NCBI GenBank assembly: GCA_017612555.1
Contig: JAGAFR010000051.1
Span: forward strand, 31,233 to 95,232
Source of the DNA: Lachnospiraceae bacterium
GTDB taxonomy: Bacteria > Bacillota > Clostridia > Lachnospirales > Lachnospiraceae
Direction of reading: 5' to 3'
DNA length: 64,000 nucleotides
The notes under the pieces are model-generated. The model made no database searches. It had not been told where the DNA came from and worked only from the letters and a program-made list of their open reading frames with translations. Positions 18,768 to 27,246 of the stretch are shown here, one piece after another. The translations under genes and the position numbers were made by a program. Position 1 is the first letter of the stretch. Each line of letters opens with the position of its first letter.

Positions 18768-18966
18768 AATCGTCCTCCCAGATACTCTGTCAGTCACAAA
18801 ATATGACATTTATTTTTTACCTATATACAATATATTGATGTTTTGGTTTCGTCAATGCACAAATCAACAAAAGTATATGTTATTTTATTTATTGTGATAA
18901 TGCACAATTAATCGGGCCCAAATTCTATTGTTCGTCAAGAAGTACAATTTTTCTTTTTTGAAATTG

Positions 18967-18994
18967 TTGACATTTACCATAGATGTGTTATCAT
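18967..18994 (+). promoter_or_regulatory. Putative sigma-A promoter with extended -10 for the small plus-strand ORF
   Basis: TTGACA (18967..18972), 16 nt spacer ending in TGT, then TATCAT (18989..18994). This leaves an ~110 nt leader before ATG 19107. Confidence 0.55.
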
Positions 18995-19106
18995 CTACTT
19001 GTAGCCGACGAAGGCAGATGTTGAGTATTTGCTTTTTACTTAATCGTTAAAGTAACAACATGTTGCGTTGCGGCTGCTTTGGAGGAGTAGAAAGGAAGGG
19101 ATAAAG

Positions 19107-19313
19107 ATGAGAGATTATTACATTAAACAGCTTGGTAAGGAAACATTGTTCTTCGGTTCATTTGAGGAGATGATGGATTCTTTTGATCAAATGGACGAAT
19201 GCGACAAGCACTTCTGCACCGTACACGATGACAACACCGGAAGATACGCACCGGGCTACGACATCGTATGGGCACACGGAAATGTAGCTCATGCATTTAA
19301 GCATATTGCTTGA
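19107..19313 (+). CDS. Small hypothetical protein (68 aa)
   Basis: MRDYYIKQLGKETLFFGSFEEMMDSFDQMDECDKHFCTVHDD.... Strong RBS region GGAGGAGTAGAAAGGAAGGG upstream of ATG 19107. It has its own promoter and terminator. No family recognised. Confidence 0.5.
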   Translation: MRDYYIKQLGKETLFFGSFEEMMDSFDQMDECDKHFCTVHDDNTGRYAPGYDIVWAHGNVAHAFKHIA

Positions 19314-19399
19314 TGACTTGATTTCGAAGAAATCGAGTCGCGGCGACATTTGCGAAGCAAATGTTGGAAATGAGCTAATAAATGGTTTAAGGCTAAAAA

Positions 19400-19427
19400 G
19401 TTCCGGCGCGAGCCGGAACTTTTTTTA
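19400..19427 (+). terminator. Rho-independent terminator
   Basis: GTTCCGGC-GCGA-GCCGGAAC hairpin (8 bp stem, GNRA loop) followed by T8. It is preceded by A5, so it could work in both directions. Confidence 0.8.
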
Positions 19428-19457
19428 TTGACATTCCTACCGCACCCCTAATACAAT
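19428..19457 (+). promoter_or_regulatory. Putative sigma-A promoter of the riboflavin transport/kinase operon
   Basis: TTGACA (19428..19433), 18 nt spacer, TACAAT (19452..19457), immediately upstream of the FMN riboswitch. Confidence 0.6.
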
Positions 19458-19464
19458 ACAAAAG

Positions 19465-19600
19465 TAACTTTCGAGAAAGGGCGCAATTCCCTACCGGTGG
19501 TAAATGACTTGATCGCGAAGTCAACAGTCCACAAACCGCATAAAGTGCGGCCGATCCGGTGTGATTCCGGAACCGACAGTATAGTCTGGATGAGAGAAGG
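19465..19600 (+). promoter_or_regulatory. FMN riboswitch (RFN element)
   Basis: Conserved RFN core strings are visible: AGGGCGCAATTCCCTACCGGTGGTAAA ... CCGATCCGGTGTGATTCCGGAACCGACAGTATAGTCTGGATGAGAGAAGGAG. The 3' end abuts the SD of ribU, suggesting translational control. Confidence 0.9.
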
Positions 19601-19608
19601 AGAAAAAA

Positions 19609-20202
19609 ATGAAAAATCAAAAGATCTCAACCCGTGTCATGGCCGGGTCTGCCATGCTGTCCGCAGTTGCAGTAGTACTGCAATATCTGGAGTTTCCCAT
19701 TCCGTTTTTAATGCCACCCTTTATCAAGTTCGATCTGTCGGATCTTCCGGCTCTTATCGGCGCGTTCGCTTACGGTCCGCTCTCCGGCGTGATCATCGAG
19801 CTGATCAAGAACCTGATACACTGTCTGGCAACAAAATCGGCAACCGTCGGCGAACTGTCGAACTTCATGCTCGGCGCTGTATTTACTCTGACCGCCGGCC
19901 TTATCTACAAACACAACAAGACAAAGAAGACCGCTATCATCGGCGGACTGACCGGTGCCGTTGTCATGGGGCTGTTCTCCATACCGTCCAATTATTTCGT
20001 GGTCTATCCGTTTTACTATAATTTCATGCCGGAAGATGTGGTACTTGCCGCTTACCAGGCAATACTTCCCGGAGTATCAAGCATACTGGCAAGCCTGTTC
20101 ATATTCAATCTTCCGTTCACGATCGTCAAAGGCCTTGTGTGTGTACTCATCGCAATGCCGATCTACAAGCCTCTTACGAGAGTATTAAAGGACAGGACAT
20201 GA
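19609..20202 (+). CDS. ribU: Riboflavin transporter, ECF S-component
   Basis: 197 aa, ~6 TM (STRVMAGSAMLSAVAVVLQYLEFPIPF..., DLSDLPALIGAFAYGPLSG). Directly controlled by the FMN riboswitch. Confidence 0.85.
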   Translation: MKNQKISTRVMAGSAMLSAVAVVLQYLEFPIPFLMPPFIKFDLSDLPALIGAFAYGPLSGVIIELIKNLIHCLATKSATVGELSNFMLGAVFTLTAGLIYKHNKTKKTAIIGGLTGAVVMGLFSIPSNYFVVYPFYYNFMPEDVVLAAYQAILPGVSSILASLFIFNLPFTIVKGLVCVLIAMPIYKPLTRVLKDRT

Positions 20203-20579
20203 ATCTTCCGAAAGTGATAACCGGAACCGTACAGCACGGACACGAGCTGGGAAGGCGCTTTGACACACCCACGGCAAACATAACGCCTTCTGAGGATGTG
20301 TCTGATCTTGCCCACGGAGTGTATTATTCCGACATAACTATAGACGGTATCACTTATCATTCAATAACAAATCTCGGCGTACGTCCCACTGTAAGCAGCA
20401 GTGGGCGCGTTAGCGCCGAGACTTTTATTTACGATCTTGATAAGGATATTTACGATAAAAATGTATCTGTCACACTTCTTGATTTTCGCCGCAGGGAAAC
20501 CAAGTTTTCCACGACCGAAGAACTGTTTGAAACAGTAAAAACAGACCTACTTGCCGGAAGATCTTATCACGGAATATAG
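20199..20579 (+). CDS. Monofunctional riboflavin kinase (RibF C-terminal-domain type, no FAD synthetase domain)
   Basis: Start trimmed to ATG 20199 (ATGA overlap with the ribU stop). Motifs GTVQHGHELGRRFDTPTANI, HGVYYS, NLGVRPTV, ETFIYDLDKDIYDKNVSVTLLDFRRRETKF. Confidence 0.8.
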   Translation: MNLPKVITGTVQHGHELGRRFDTPTANITPSEDVSDLAHGVYYSDITIDGITYHSITNLGVRPTVSSSGRVSAETFIYDLDKDIYDKNVSVTLLDFRRRETKFSTTEELFETVKTDLLAGRSYHGI

Positions 20580-22322
20580 CTTTTCCATCGCCTCCGTATA
20601 TCCTGCAAGGCCGTGTCCCGTTATGCATTCGATTACATATGAACGGATGTAGCTTATCTGTCTGAAGTCCTCTCTTGAATCAACATCCGAGATATGCACT
20701 TCGACAGCCGGTATCCCGACAGCCTTCAGCGCATCAAGTATCGCAACGGATGTATGCGTATACGCTCCGGGATTGATCACTATCCCATCGACCGTACCGT
20801 ATGCCTGCTGTATCGAATCAACCAGGTCTCCCTCATGATTGCTCTGGTACAGATCCACTTCTATCCCCAGATCATCCGCCTTGTCCCTGCAGAGCCGCAG
20901 CAGATCTTCATATGTATTTCTCCCGTATATATCAGGCTCCCTGATACCGAGCATGTTAAGATTGGGACCGTTTATGACGAGGATCTTCATGTTTTTTTCC
21001 TTTCCGATGCTGTCCACGACTTTCTCAGCGACAGACTGTACGCTGCCTGCAACATTTACCACCCTATCCGCTGTCATTGCGTATATGGGAAGCCTCTTAC
21101 AGTACAGCGCCTTAAGATTCTCCGCACCGGCAGACAAAGGCCTGTCGTGGGTCGCAAGCTCATTGAGTCTCCTGTTCAGATATACTACTTTTCCGTTAAG
21201 GGATAACAGCTCAGTGTTCTCGGGATCGAGCACCACTCCCCCGCCGGTTGCGATAACGGCTCCAACGGATGCAGCAGCATGGGCTACGGACAGTTTTTCA
21301 AGCCTCCTAAACTCCGCCTCGCCTTTCTCATTGATACATTTTGACGGAGTCATCCCGTTTTCTTTTGTAAAAAGATCGTCCGTATCGATGTATCTATGTC
21401 CGGTAAGCTTTGAGATGCTCCTTCCGACCGATGATTTTCCGCTCCCGGGCATTCCCGTAAGAACGATATTTTCATTCATTACGGTGATCTGGCTTATCGC
21501 TTCTTCCATCTTCTCTTTTTCGCTGTCCGTAAGGGATCCCACCGGATCTGCTCCGATCTTGTTTCCCATGAACAGCCTTGCGGCAAAAAATCCCTGAGCC
21601 ACGAGCATCGGCAGCCCGCCGGTGCACCGCAGTCCGCGCCTTTTTGCGGCATATATGAGCCGTGTCCTAAGGGGATTATAAACAACATCAACCACAGCCC
21701 GCAGGTTAACATAACCTTTACTTATGTCCACCGGGATACCTTCGATCGCCGGATACATTCCCACAGGTGTGGTATTAACAAGAATCTCGCAGTCGTCGGT
21801 CATATCGTCATATGACACATAGCCTACCGGACACTTTGCTCTGATCCCCATATCCGACGGATGTCTCGATACGATCGTGATCCTTCCGGCCCCAAGTCTT
21901 GACATGGTGTATGCGGCAGTCCTGCATGTGCCGCCGCTTCCAAGTATCGCTACACTCTTTCCCGCGACATCGATCCCGGCGCGCTTTATCATGTATTCGA
22001 AGCCGAACGTGTCGGTATTATATCCTCTTACGCCCGAATCCCCGTTTACAAGTGTATTAACACACCCTATCGCCGCCGCGTTTTCATCGGGCGCACAGTA
22101 TGCCATGGCCTTTTCCTTGTATGGGATAGTGACATTTACACCGGCAAAATCAGCCTTTGCAAAAAAGTCATCTATCCTGCCCTGCTCCACCTCGATAAGG
22201 CTGTACTCATAGCCTCCGAACAGAGCGTGCAGCATGGGAGAAAAGCTGTGTCCCAGCTTTTCCCCCACAAGGCCGTATCTTTTATTTTCTGTTTTACCGT
22301 TTGCGCTTTTGTTCATCGTCAC
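20547..22322 (-). CDS. Trifunctional fusion: shikimate dehydrogenase (AroE) - shikimate kinase (AroK) - type II 3-dehydroquinate dehydratase (AroQ)
   Basis: 591 aa. AroE part: YGLVGEKLGHSFSPMLHA, NVTIPYKE, GYNTD, ILGSGGTCR. AroK part: LTGMPGSGKSSVGRSISKLTGHRYIDTDD. AroQ part: MKILVINGPNLNMLGIREPDIYG, SNHEGDLVD, INPGAYTHTSVAILDAL. Confidence 0.85.
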   Translation of the reverse strand: MTMNKSANGKTENKRYGLVGEKLGHSFSPMLHALFGGYEYSLIEVEQGRIDDFFAKADFAGVNVTIPYKEKAMAYCAPDENAAAIGCVNTLVNGDSGVRGYNTDTFGFEYMIKRAGIDVAGKSVAILGSGGTCRTAAYTMSRLGAGRITIVSRHPSDMGIRAKCPVGYVSYDDMTDDCEILVNTTPVGMYPAIEGIPVDISKGYVNLRAVVDVVYNPLRTRLIYAAKRRGLRCTGGLPMLVAQGFFAARLFMGNKIGADPVGSLTDSEKEKMEEAISQITVMNENIVLTGMPGSGKSSVGRSISKLTGHRYIDTDDLFTKENGMTPSKCINEKGEAEFRRLEKLSVAHAAASVGAVIATGGGVVLDPENTELLSLNGKVVYLNRRLNELATHDRPLSAGAENLKALYCKRLPIYAMTADRVVNVAGSVQSVAEKVVDSIGKEKNMKILVINGPNLNMLGIREPDIYGRNTYEDLLRLCRDKADDLGIEVDLYQSNHEGDLVDSIQQAYGTVDGIVINPGAYTHTSVAILDALKAVGIPAVEVHISDVDSREDFRQISYIRSYVIECITGHGLAGYTEAMEKLYSVIRSSGK

Positions 22323-23385
22323 TTTCTATCATGTCAGTCAGCATCAGTGCCGTCATCGCTTCCACACACGGAACCACACGCGGTACTATGCACGAATCAT
22401 GTCTTCCTTCTATCCTGAGTTCGCACTCTTCCATAGTCTCAAGATCTACCGATCTCTGGGGCTTGTATATCGACGGAGTCGGCTTTACGGCCACTCTGAA
22501 TATAAGCGGCATTCCGTTCGTGATACCTCCCTGTATACCGCCGGAATTATTCGTAACGGTCCTCACCTTTCCATCCTCTATGCAGAATCCGTCATTGCTC
22601 TTTGATCCGTAATCGGAACACACTCCGAATCCTTCACCGAACTCGATCCCCTTTATGGCAGGTATCCCAAACATCCCATATGAGAGAACGGATTCAACGC
22701 TTGTGTATATAGGATCTCCGATGCCTGCCGGAAGTCCCGTGACTTTACACTCTATACATCCTCCGACCGAATCAAGATCACGGCTTGTCTCTTCCATAAG
22801 CTTTGTCATGCGATCTCCCGCCTCGGCCGATACAACAGGCAGCGTATGATCCGCAAGTACATCCTTTTTATCCGATACCGGATCAAAAGGCAGATCCTCA
22901 ATCCCTCCGACAGATCTGATGTGTGCCTGTATGCCGATGCCCCGCTCTTTTAATATCTGCATGCATACCGCTCCGGCAAAGCACATGGGAAGTGTCATCC
23001 TTCCGGAGAAAAACCCGCCTCCGGCCATATCAAGCTTTCCGCCGTATTTTACATATGCAACATAATCGGCATGGGACGGTCTCGGTATGGTCCTCATCTT
23101 CCCGTAATCTTTGGACCTTGCGTTCTCGTTCATAAACTTAGCGCTAAGCGTCTGTCCGGTTAGCTTACCGTCGGCAAGTCCCCCAAGTATTATCGGCTCA
23201 TCCTTTTCTTTTCTTGCCGTTGTGTAAACGGCATTGCCGCCCTGCCTTCTTTTGAGGAACGCAAGTACATCCTCCATGTTTATGGCAACACCGGCAGGAA
23301 GATTTTCCAGCTTTACGTTTATCGATTCAGAATGGGATGCACCTTCAACAGTCATCCTGATCTTTTCGCCTATTGTAAACGACAT
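22294..23385 (-). CDS. aroC: Chorismate synthase
   Basis: 363 aa. GASHSESI, RPSHADY and GGISNG-like GGIQGGITNG motifs. Confidence 0.9.
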   Translation of the reverse strand: MSFTIGEKIRMTVEGASHSESINVKLENLPAGVAINMEDVLAFLKRRQGGNAVYTTARKEKDEPIILGGLADGKLTGQTLSAKFMNENARSKDYGKMRTIPRPSHADYVAYVKYGGKLDMAGGGFFSGRMTLPMCFAGAVCMQILKERGIGIQAHIRSVGGIEDLPFDPVSDKKDVLADHTLPVVSAEAGDRMTKLMEETSRDLDSVGGCIECKVTGLPAGIGDPIYTSVESVLSYGMFGIPAIKGIEFGEGFGVCSDYGSKSNDGFCIEDGKVRTVTNNSGGIQGGITNGMPLIFRVAVKPTPSIYKPQRSVDLETMEECELRIEGRHDSCIVPRVVPCVEAMTALMLTDMIESDDEQKRKR

Positions 23386-24677
23386 TTTTTCATCCCCATC
23401 TTTTCCATGAATTCAAAAAATCCCGGATACGATTTATTGACTGCGCCCGAGCCTGTTATCGTAACATCGCGGTCCGTCGCAACGGCTATCGCATATTCCG
23501 CCATCGCTATCCTGTGATCGTTATAGCTTGAAAAATGCGGATCGACAGCGGGTGCAGCTTCGTTCCTGCCGTGAACAGTCAGATCTTCGTGACCGTCCGC
23601 TGACTTGGCAGCGCTTGTCTTAATGCCTATCACATCAAGCACGGCGCTTACCGCATCGATCCTGTCGCATTCCTTTGCGCGCAGGCGCTCTACATTCCTA
23701 AAGCAACTGTCTCCATCCGTAAACGCCGCTATCACCGCAAGTGCAGGCACAAGGTCGGGTATCTGCGAACAATCGACATCCACAGGTCTTACCGGGTATC
23801 CGCATATCACATGCTCGGATGTCTCATCATCATAATAAGCATCGATACCGAACTGTCTGAGTATCCCGATGACCGCCCGGTCTCCCTGTATGCTGGCGGG
23901 ATCAAGTCCTGCGATCCTTATCCCGTTATCCCCGCTTCTTCTGTCCAATATGAACGGCGCCATAACATAAGCGGCATTCGACCAGTCCCCTTCAGCGATA
24001 ATACGATTACTTCCGGAAACTGATGCAGGAGCTGCATACTTCCGGTTACCGGCTATCATGTAGCCGCCTTCTTCTTTTACGATGCTTATCCCGAACTTCG
24101 CAAGAACGTCTATTGTCATGTCAACATATGCCGCAGACTCAAGTTCTCCTTTTATCACAAGATGCGAATCACCTTCAGCAAGAGGAAGCGCAAACATGAG
24201 TCCTGTTATGTACTGGGACGATACATTCCCGGGTATCTCGTATGTGCCCGCAGCAAGTCTGCCCGAAACGGTTATCGGAAGGTTATCGGCATCAACACTT
24301 GCTCCCGCATGACGCAGCACATCACACAGCGGTCCCATGGGACGCTCTGGCAGCCTGCCCCTGCCGGTAAGCGTTGACGAGCCCGACACCATCGTTGAAA
24401 GAGGCAGTATAAACCTTGCGGTCGAGCCGCTCTCGCCGCAGTCTATCGTTACATTGCCGCATCCGCCGGCGGGTTCGTTTACAACAAGTTCAAAGCTTTC
24501 GTCACCGGAAGGGATCGTATCTATCTTTGCACCGAGACTTGTAAGCGCGGATATGGTAGCCTTCATATCGTCGGATACAATGTTTGTAACAACGGTGACT
24601 TTTTCATTACACAACGCTGCCGCGATAAGCAGACGATGCACGTAGGATTTGGAGGTTATCGCGGTGACTGTCTTCAC
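23370..24677 (-). CDS. aroA: 3-phosphoshikimate 1-carboxyvinyltransferase (EPSP synthase)
   Basis: 435 aa. KSYVHRLLIAAAL, GESGSTARF, LTGRGRLPERPMGPL, NDHRIAMA. Confidence 0.9.
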   Translation of the reverse strand: MKTVTAITSKSYVHRLLIAAALCNEKVTVVTNIVSDDMKATISALTSLGAKIDTIPSGDESFELVVNEPAGGCGNVTIDCGESGSTARFILPLSTMVSGSSTLTGRGRLPERPMGPLCDVLRHAGASVDADNLPITVSGRLAAGTYEIPGNVSSQYITGLMFALPLAEGDSHLVIKGELESAAYVDMTIDVLAKFGISIVKEEGGYMIAGNRKYAAPASVSGSNRIIAEGDWSNAAYVMAPFILDRRSGDNGIRIAGLDPASIQGDRAVIGILRQFGIDAYYDDETSEHVICGYPVRPVDVDCSQIPDLVPALAVIAAFTDGDSCFRNVERLRAKECDRIDAVSAVLDVIGIKTSAAKSADGHEDLTVHGRNEAAPAVDPHFSSYNDHRIAMAEYAIAVATDRDVTITGSGAVNKSYPGFFEFMEKMGMKKCRLQ

Positions 24678-25534
24678 TTCTTTCCCCTCGCTTTTGCTTC
24701 CTTTTCCTCGTCATCCTCTTTTCTGATGCGTCCGTCGCGAAGAAGCGCCACCAGCCTGTCCCTGTTGTGTCCTTCTATCGCGTTCTCGTATTCCATCAGA
24801 TGATTGATGAGCGAGTCTATCTCCGATACGATCGCGTCCTCGTTCGCCAGGAACAGATCTGCCCACATGTTCTCGTTGAGCTTTGCGACCCTGGTCATAT
24901 CCTTAAATGACCCTGCGGAAAAACCATACCGTTTTTCAAGCGTGGGACTCTTGATATAGGATGACGATACTATGTGCGCAAGCTGCGATGTATAGGCGAT
25001 AACGCTGTCATGCTCTTCATATGTTGTATGGACCACACGTGAAAACCCGATCTTTTTGAAAAGTTCATCAGCAACAGCGAGTGCACCCTCATCGGTGTAT
25101 TCATCCGTACACAGTATCATTGAAGCGCCCTCATACAGACTCGCATCGGCATTTTTGTATCCGGCAACTTCTTTCCCCGCCATCGGATGACCTCCGATAA
25201 AGAACAGGCCCATATCCGACAGTTGCCGCGACAGTTTTGTACAAATGACCTTTTTGACTCCTGTGCAGTCGATGACGATACAGCCCTTTTTGAGACGTGG
25301 TGCAACATCCAATATTATGTCAACCACATCGGTCGGATATAAAGCGACAAGAAGCATATCGATCTTATCGAAATGCTCCTCAAGTCCTGCCGTGATCACG
25401 CCTTCCGAAACGGCTGTCTCCATCACTTTCTCATCGGCGTCCATGCCGTATATGCTGCAATCTGTCTTTGACCGTATGGCCTTTGCCATCGAGCCTCCTA
25501 TAAGGCCCAGACCGATCAGTCCTATAGATCTCAT
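24674..25534 (-). CDS. tyrA: Prephenate dehydrogenase
   Basis: 286 aa. NAD fold IGLIGLGLIGGSMA, GGHPMAGKE. Sits within the aromatic operon. Confidence 0.85.
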   Translation of the reverse strand: MRSIGLIGLGLIGGSMAKAIRSKTDCSIYGMDADEKVMETAVSEGVITAGLEEHFDKIDMLLVALYPTDVVDIILDVAPRLKKGCIVIDCTGVKKVICTKLSRQLSDMGLFFIGGHPMAGKEVAGYKNADASLYEGASMILCTDEYTDEGALAVADELFKKIGFSRVVHTTYEEHDSVIAYTSQLAHIVSSSYIKSPTLEKRYGFSAGSFKDMTRVAKLNENMWADLFLANEDAIVSEIDSLINHLMEYENAIEGHNRDRLVALLRDGRIRKEDDEEKEAKARGKK

Positions 25535-26541
25535 AACTGTACAACAACCTCTCTGATCTTATCGATACCCGTCGAAAGCTTCGCGAAGGCCTCGGGAGTT
25601 ATCGACTGCTGTCCGTCACACCATGCATTCTCGGGATCGTTGTGAACCTCCACGATTATGCCGTCCGCGCCTGCTGCAGTCGCTGCAAGGGATACGGATG
25701 AAACATACTTGGAAAATCCCGTGGAATGAGACGGATCTATGATTATCGGAAGGTGAGTCTTTTCTTTGAGTACCGGAACAACCGAAATATCGAGAGTGTT
25801 TCTTGTGGCAACTTCAAAAGTCCTGATACCGCGCTCGCACAATATAACCTTCTCATTTCCGCCGGCCATGATGTATTCTGCGCTCATAAGAAGTTCGGCT
25901 ACGGTATTAGCAAGACCGCGCTTTAACAGGATCGGCTTATCTATCGTTCCGAGTTCCTTTAAGAGCCTGAAGTTCTGCATGTTTCTCGCGCCGACCTGGA
26001 TCACGTCAACATCGGCAAACATATCAAGATCCGTAAGCTCCATGATCTCGGTCACTATAGGAAGACCCGTTGCCTTCTTCGCTTCAAGCAGATAGTCGAT
26101 ACCCGTCTTGCCAAGGCCCTGGAATGCATAGGGAGAAGTCCTGGGCTTGAACGCACCGCCGCGGAGCATATGTGCGCCCGCTGCTTTTACCGCCTGTGCT
26201 ATACCCGTTATCTGCTCGGGTGTCTCTACCGAGCACGGACCTGCGATCTTTACAAAGTTACCTCCGCCGATCTTGACATCTCCGACTTCGATGACAGAGT
26301 CCATCGGATGGAACTTCCTGTTTGCCGCTTTATACGGCTCCTGTATCCGTGTCACGGACTCGACTATGTCAAGCGCCGATACCGCATCGATATCCACCTT
26401 GGACGTGTCGCCCACAAGTCCTAGGATGGTTGATTTTTCACCACGGCTGTAATGGATATCAAGGCCAAGATCTTCCTTGATCCATGATTCCAGTTTATGG
26501 TATTTTTTCTCATCTGCATTTGGTTTAAGTACAATGATCAT
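25531..26541 (-). CDS. 3-deoxy-7-phosphoheptulonate (DAHP) synthase, class I-beta with N-terminal regulatory domain
   Basis: 336 aa. MIIVLKPN... ferredoxin-like N-domain, then IAGPCSVE, LRGGAFKPRTSPYAFQGLG, DPSHSTG. Confidence 0.9.
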   Translation of the reverse strand: MIIVLKPNADEKKYHKLESWIKEDLGLDIHYSRGEKSTILGLVGDTSKVDIDAVSALDIVESVTRIQEPYKAANRKFHPMDSVIEVGDVKIGGGNFVKIAGPCSVETPEQITGIAQAVKAAGAHMLRGGAFKPRTSPYAFQGLGKTGIDYLLEAKKATGLPIVTEIMELTDLDMFADVDVIQVGARNMQNFRLLKELGTIDKPILLKRGLANTVAELLMSAEYIMAGGNEKVILCERGIRTFEVATRNTLDISVVPVLKEKTHLPIIIDPSHSTGFSKYVSSVSLAATAAGADGIIVEVHNDPENAWCDGQQSITPEAFAKLSTGIDKIREVVVQL

Positions 26542-26589
26542 GATAAAACTCCTTTAATGCTTTCGCGCTTTAACGCTTTTAACCACTAA

Positions 26590-26618
26590 AGTATATCCTC
26601 ATTCTTTTTCTTTGTCAA
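26590..26618 (-). promoter_or_regulatory. Putative sigma-A promoter of the aromatic amino acid operon
   Basis: Minus strand TTGACA (26618..26613), 17 nt spacer, TATACT (26595..26590). Confidence 0.55.
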
Positions 26619-26634
26619 CAATCTCTTTTCGGAT

Positions 26635-27246
26635 TCACAAAGCGGGGTTACTGTAAGGCGAGCGCGGATCTGTATCCGTAGGATCCCATCCTCTCGTTGC
26701 CGGATTGGTCTCGTCTATTTTGATTATGGGACGTGTGAGCTGATATACAAGGTTCGGATCCTTCACAACATTTACCGTTGTACCGGGCACCGTGTTCTCA
26801 TATATCCATTTCGCATCGGCAAGTGCGAGTCTGCAGCATCCGGCCGATGCAGGAGTACCAAGCTTATTGAACTGTCTGTATTCGAGTGAATCGGGGGAAT
26901 GTCTGTAATACGGAACCGAATGCATCAGTTCATGCTGATTGAATCGAACCGCATATCTTGAATATACACCTCCGTTCATGAGGTGCCAGTCATAATAATT
27001 CGTTGTCCTGTATGTACCGACTGTTGTATTTCCGTGTCTTCCCGTTGAGCATGCGAAAACCTGTATCGGAGCATTACTCTGATCGTAAGCAATAACCTGC
27101 TCGGTAGCGGTGTTTATCGTGATCGATGAAACCGGACACGGCAGGAGCGATGTCAGTATTCCCGAACCCGGTATCGGAAGAGCGTAAACGCTCGTGGAAA
27201 CAAACAGAGCGATCATTACGGCAAGTACCGGTATCTTCTTTATCAT
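26635..27246 (-). CDS. L,D-transpeptidase (YkuD domain), secreted
   Basis: 203 aa. Signal peptide MIKKIPVLAVMIALFVSTSVYA. Catalytic region HSVPYY...GTPASAGCCRL (His ... S-x-GC-x-R). Confidence 0.8.
   Translation of the reverse strand: MIKKIPVLAVMIALFVSTSVYALPIPGSGILTSLLPCPVSSITINTATEQVIAYDQSNAPIQVFACSTGRHGNTTVGTYRTTNYYDWHLMNGGVYSRYAVRFNQHELMHSVPYYRHSPDSLEYRQFNKLGTPASAGCCRLALADAKWIYENTVPGTTVNVVKDPNLVYQLTRPIIKIDETNPATRGWDPTDTDPRSPYSNPAL

Noticed and set aside
18768-18966. Purine riboswitch upstream of the nucleoside transporter/xpt operon
   Set aside because: I read both strands and did not find the conserved junction sequences of the guanine/adenine riboswitch. The region is AT-rich with only promoter-like elements.
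26542-26634. T-box or attenuator leader for the aromatic amino acid operon
   Set aside because: The leader between the putative -10 and the start codon is only ~45 nt. That is far too short for a T-box or a leader peptide with a terminator.
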